The position numbers and the translations under genes are program-made. The notes under the pieces were generated by a model. That model did no database searches. It was given only the letters and a program-made list of their open reading frames with translations, and was not told the origin of the DNA. From Amoebophrya sp. A120 (lineage: Eukaryota > Protista > Dinoflagellata), in NCBI GenBank assembly GCA_905178155.1, contig CAJINV010000008.1, positions 3,460,013 through 3,524,012 of the forward strand: a stretch of DNA of 64,000 bases, given 5' to 3'. Of this stretch, positions 61,386 to 64,000 are shown piece after piece (position 1 is the stretch's first letter; every line of letters begins with the position of its first letter).

Positions 61386-63187
61386 ATGAAAGCCGCATTT
61401 TCATGCTGCTGCTCGGGCAAGGAGTCCTTGAAATTAAACGAGCAGAAGCTGAGTCCGATTCATCAGGACGAAGCGGACAAGTACTCCATTTTCGGCAAGA
61501 AGTATGTGACCAGCGGCGCAAAGAATTCCGTGCTGAAGGTCAAGCAAAAGTTCTGGTCCATGACGGGAAACGACTATGACGTAATGGACATGAACGACGA
61601 CAAGGAGGAAAAGATCGCTTTCAAGGTGAAGGGAGAGAAGTGGTCCCTGCGGAAGCAGAAGAAAAAGATTTTTGACAGCGACGGGAAGCCGGTGTTTTCC
61701 ATTTTCGGCACGGGCTGGTTCCACCACAAGCAAGCGGTCAAAAAGCTTGACGCGAAGGAGGAAGAGGGGGAGCAGGACATCTGCACTGTATATTATGCCA
61801 TAGATTTTTTGACGATATTGGATACATCGTAATTTTCGTGCACTTGTTTTCAGCTCATGATCAGGATATTTTCGTGGCGTTTTGATTTTTCGCGATACAC
61901 AAATGAAAATATGTTTAAAACGACATCTTTCACAGATCAATTCCAACTGCCCCAACACGGTCCAGTACACGGAAGACGGCATTTCCGGGAAAAACAAGTT
62001 TTACCTGAAGTATATCCAGTGTGAAAGAGCGGCTCCCTCCCCAAAGTCAACATGGGCCTTTTTCTACACCAAGAACTCACCGCTTTTGGTTGTCGCTCAT
62101 GACTACAAGTTTGGGCTCAAAGCGTCATGGTGTTTAGCCAGTTGTGTAGCTGCACCAGAAAAAATCGATCGCGTCATTCGGAATCATCTAGCGTGTGAAA
62201 AAAATTTGCAGCCAACGAAAATTCGAATATTGAAAATGCTGATCATGGTGAGGTTGCACATGAGAAGCGCTGTAGTCTTCCTTGCAGACTTGCATAAAAC
62301 AAGTCTGGGGAGGTGTTGACGATGTTTTTTCACAGGATAAAGTCGCACATGTCCTACTGCGCCTACAGCGGAGGCACTATCTGGCTGCTGAAGAACCCCG
62401 ACACAACGTCCAGCCCGCTGGAGACCTCCGGTAAAGAGGGAGCCAGCCCAGCGGACACCGGGGCCATTTGCATCGCCAAGATGTACTCGCCTGTGACTGC
62501 GAAGAGCTTTGCCCTTTTATCGCCCGAGAAAACTGTAGTCGAACTTCGTTAAGAGACATCGATTTGATGACTTTAGAAATTATACAAGCGAGCTTATTTC
62601 TTGCGGCCTACAATAAACAAAAACATTAAACAAGAAGGTTTGTCTGCCTCGTTCGTGTCTGTGCATGGGCGGAAGGAATGTGGGACTCGCTCTTGCATAT
62701 CTTCTTGCAAGAAGACCAGAGCTACTTTCTGCGTTGCACCGGTTACAATGACACTTGTTGATAGGCTGCAGTTTTTTCGTGCGATAACTCCCGGGAAAGT
62801 GGACCCCGCAGGACTACGTGGTGGAGATCGCGCCCGGCGTGGATCAGGCGCTGATTCTATCCTGTTCAAAACCTTCAGTCCCACGATGTGGTGTCTGTTA
62901 CTTTTCATGTATGTTTGCGGACATGGTGTTAGTGTTCAAAAGAAAAAGGTTCAACAACTCCCACCACTTGCATGTTTTTCACGCGGAAATGGTATGATGA
63001 CTTGTAGCAGCGAGGACGTTGGATAATACTAGTTAGTAGAGTACAGTCCTTTCCCATGGTGCATGAAGATTATGCTTCTGGGAGTTCTGGGAACTACGAG
63101 CACACGGGAACCAACCGTCTTTGCACAGGATAGGATCTGGCGTGGATTCTGGCTTACGCTGAGATGGATGACGCGGACAATCACTAA
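61386..63187 (+). CDS. LURP-one-related / tubby C-terminal-like protein
   Basis: LKVKQKFWSMTGNDYDV..FKVKG..IFDSDGKPV and C-terminal DYVVEIAPGVDQALIL; GT-AG introns 61788-61935 and 62010-62335, two introners; stop TAA 63185-63187. Confidence 0.8.
62518..62786. mobile_element. Introner, family C-like, diverged TSD
   Basis: TIR TATCGC.CGA.AAAACTG.AG, flanks CCTTT/ACTCC; frame restored. Confidence 0.8.
62858..63132. mobile_element. Introner, family F-like, diverged TSD
   Basis: TIR TATCCTGT.CAAA, flanks GATTC/GGATC; ALI|LAWIL in frame. Confidence 0.75.
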
Positions 63188-64000
63188 GTAAGGTCGCTGT
63201 GCTGGTGGTCGTAGTTTTTCAACAAACGCAGACAACCGAATTCAAACAGTGAAGTAGACTCCGTGCATAAAGCATACTAGGGACAACCAAAACTTCCTCT
63301 TTCTCCGGTCCAATGTAAGGTTGCGTTTCACACATGTTGACGGAGGAGACATTATTATATTTGATATCTACAGGTTTTTTTACGCTGCTTCTTGATTTGC
63401 TGTGCTGCGGGTACGTCCGCTATTACAGCGACAATATTGGAAAAGAGAATAGAAATTCAAATAGTTAAGAGCAGAGCTACTCACTTGAACTTACGAAGTA
63501 CACTCTTTGTAAAATCCAGATCCGCCTGCGCTCAATAATTGTCTTTTATTTTCACGATTTCTGAACAGACACAACAGGTTTCATCATGACCCCTGGTTAC
63601 TTCGCAACGTGAACGCAAAGCAATTTCTAGTATCTACCACAGTCAGAAGAAGGTAAGAACAAGAGAATCAAGAGGCGGAAACAAGCAATTTGAGCACCGT
63701 TTTTAGCCGAAATTTTCATTGCAGAAAAAAATGTATCATTCTGATATTTTTGTTATGGTTTTTTCGAAAAACGCGTAGTACATCTTCGAGAGACAATTTC
63801 GTTGAACCCATCAACGACATAGAGCGTGAAAGTGACAAAACGAGAGCAAAAGAAAGGACAAAGTGCGACGAAAAGTAGAGAGACGAGGTACAGAGAGGAA
63901 CGGCCTGCCCTGCAAGCAGTGCCTTCTCAATACACTTTATCGGTTATGAATGGAAATCGATTTATTTTGTGAAAGTCGCCGCATGTTGTATGTGAAAATT

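Noticed and set aside
62111-62123. TTGGGCTCAAAG resembling the 3' end of the dinoflagellate spliced leader
   Set aside because: Imperfect short match inside an intron; no full DCCGTAGCCATTTTGGCTCAAG was noticed in the window.

Overview
Eukaryotic (protist) genomic DNA, not prokaryotic. About 15 protein-coding genes all lie on the + strand. Their exons carry S/T/A/G/Q-rich low-complexity insertions. They are interrupted by a few ordinary GT-AG introns and by about 29 introner-like elements of 150-400 bp. These elements typically start TAT, end ATA, carry family-specific terminal inverted repeats (at least 6 families) and are flanked by a 5-bp direct repeat (TSD). Removing the element plus one TSD copy restores the reading frame in every clear case, even where no GT-AG pair is possible. 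This architecture matches the introner elements and unidirectional gene blocks described for the syndinian dinoflagellate Amoebophrya; the organism assignment is an inference. Recognisable genes: a metallophosphoesterase, kinesin-14, a GNAT acetyltransferase, a family-16 methyltransferase, a Cys-less pentameric ligand-gated ion channel, EXO1, a TPR protein, PRP4 (U4/U6 WD40), a LURP-one-like protein and a tandem pair of novel membrane-protein paralogs. The most unusual object is a 2.8-kb introner in PRP4 that hosts a nested 2555-bp insertion with a 15-bp TSD, a CGATA tail, a frameshifted purine-rich ORF and no reverse transcriptase or transposase. Gene models were spliced by eye; no database searches were run.
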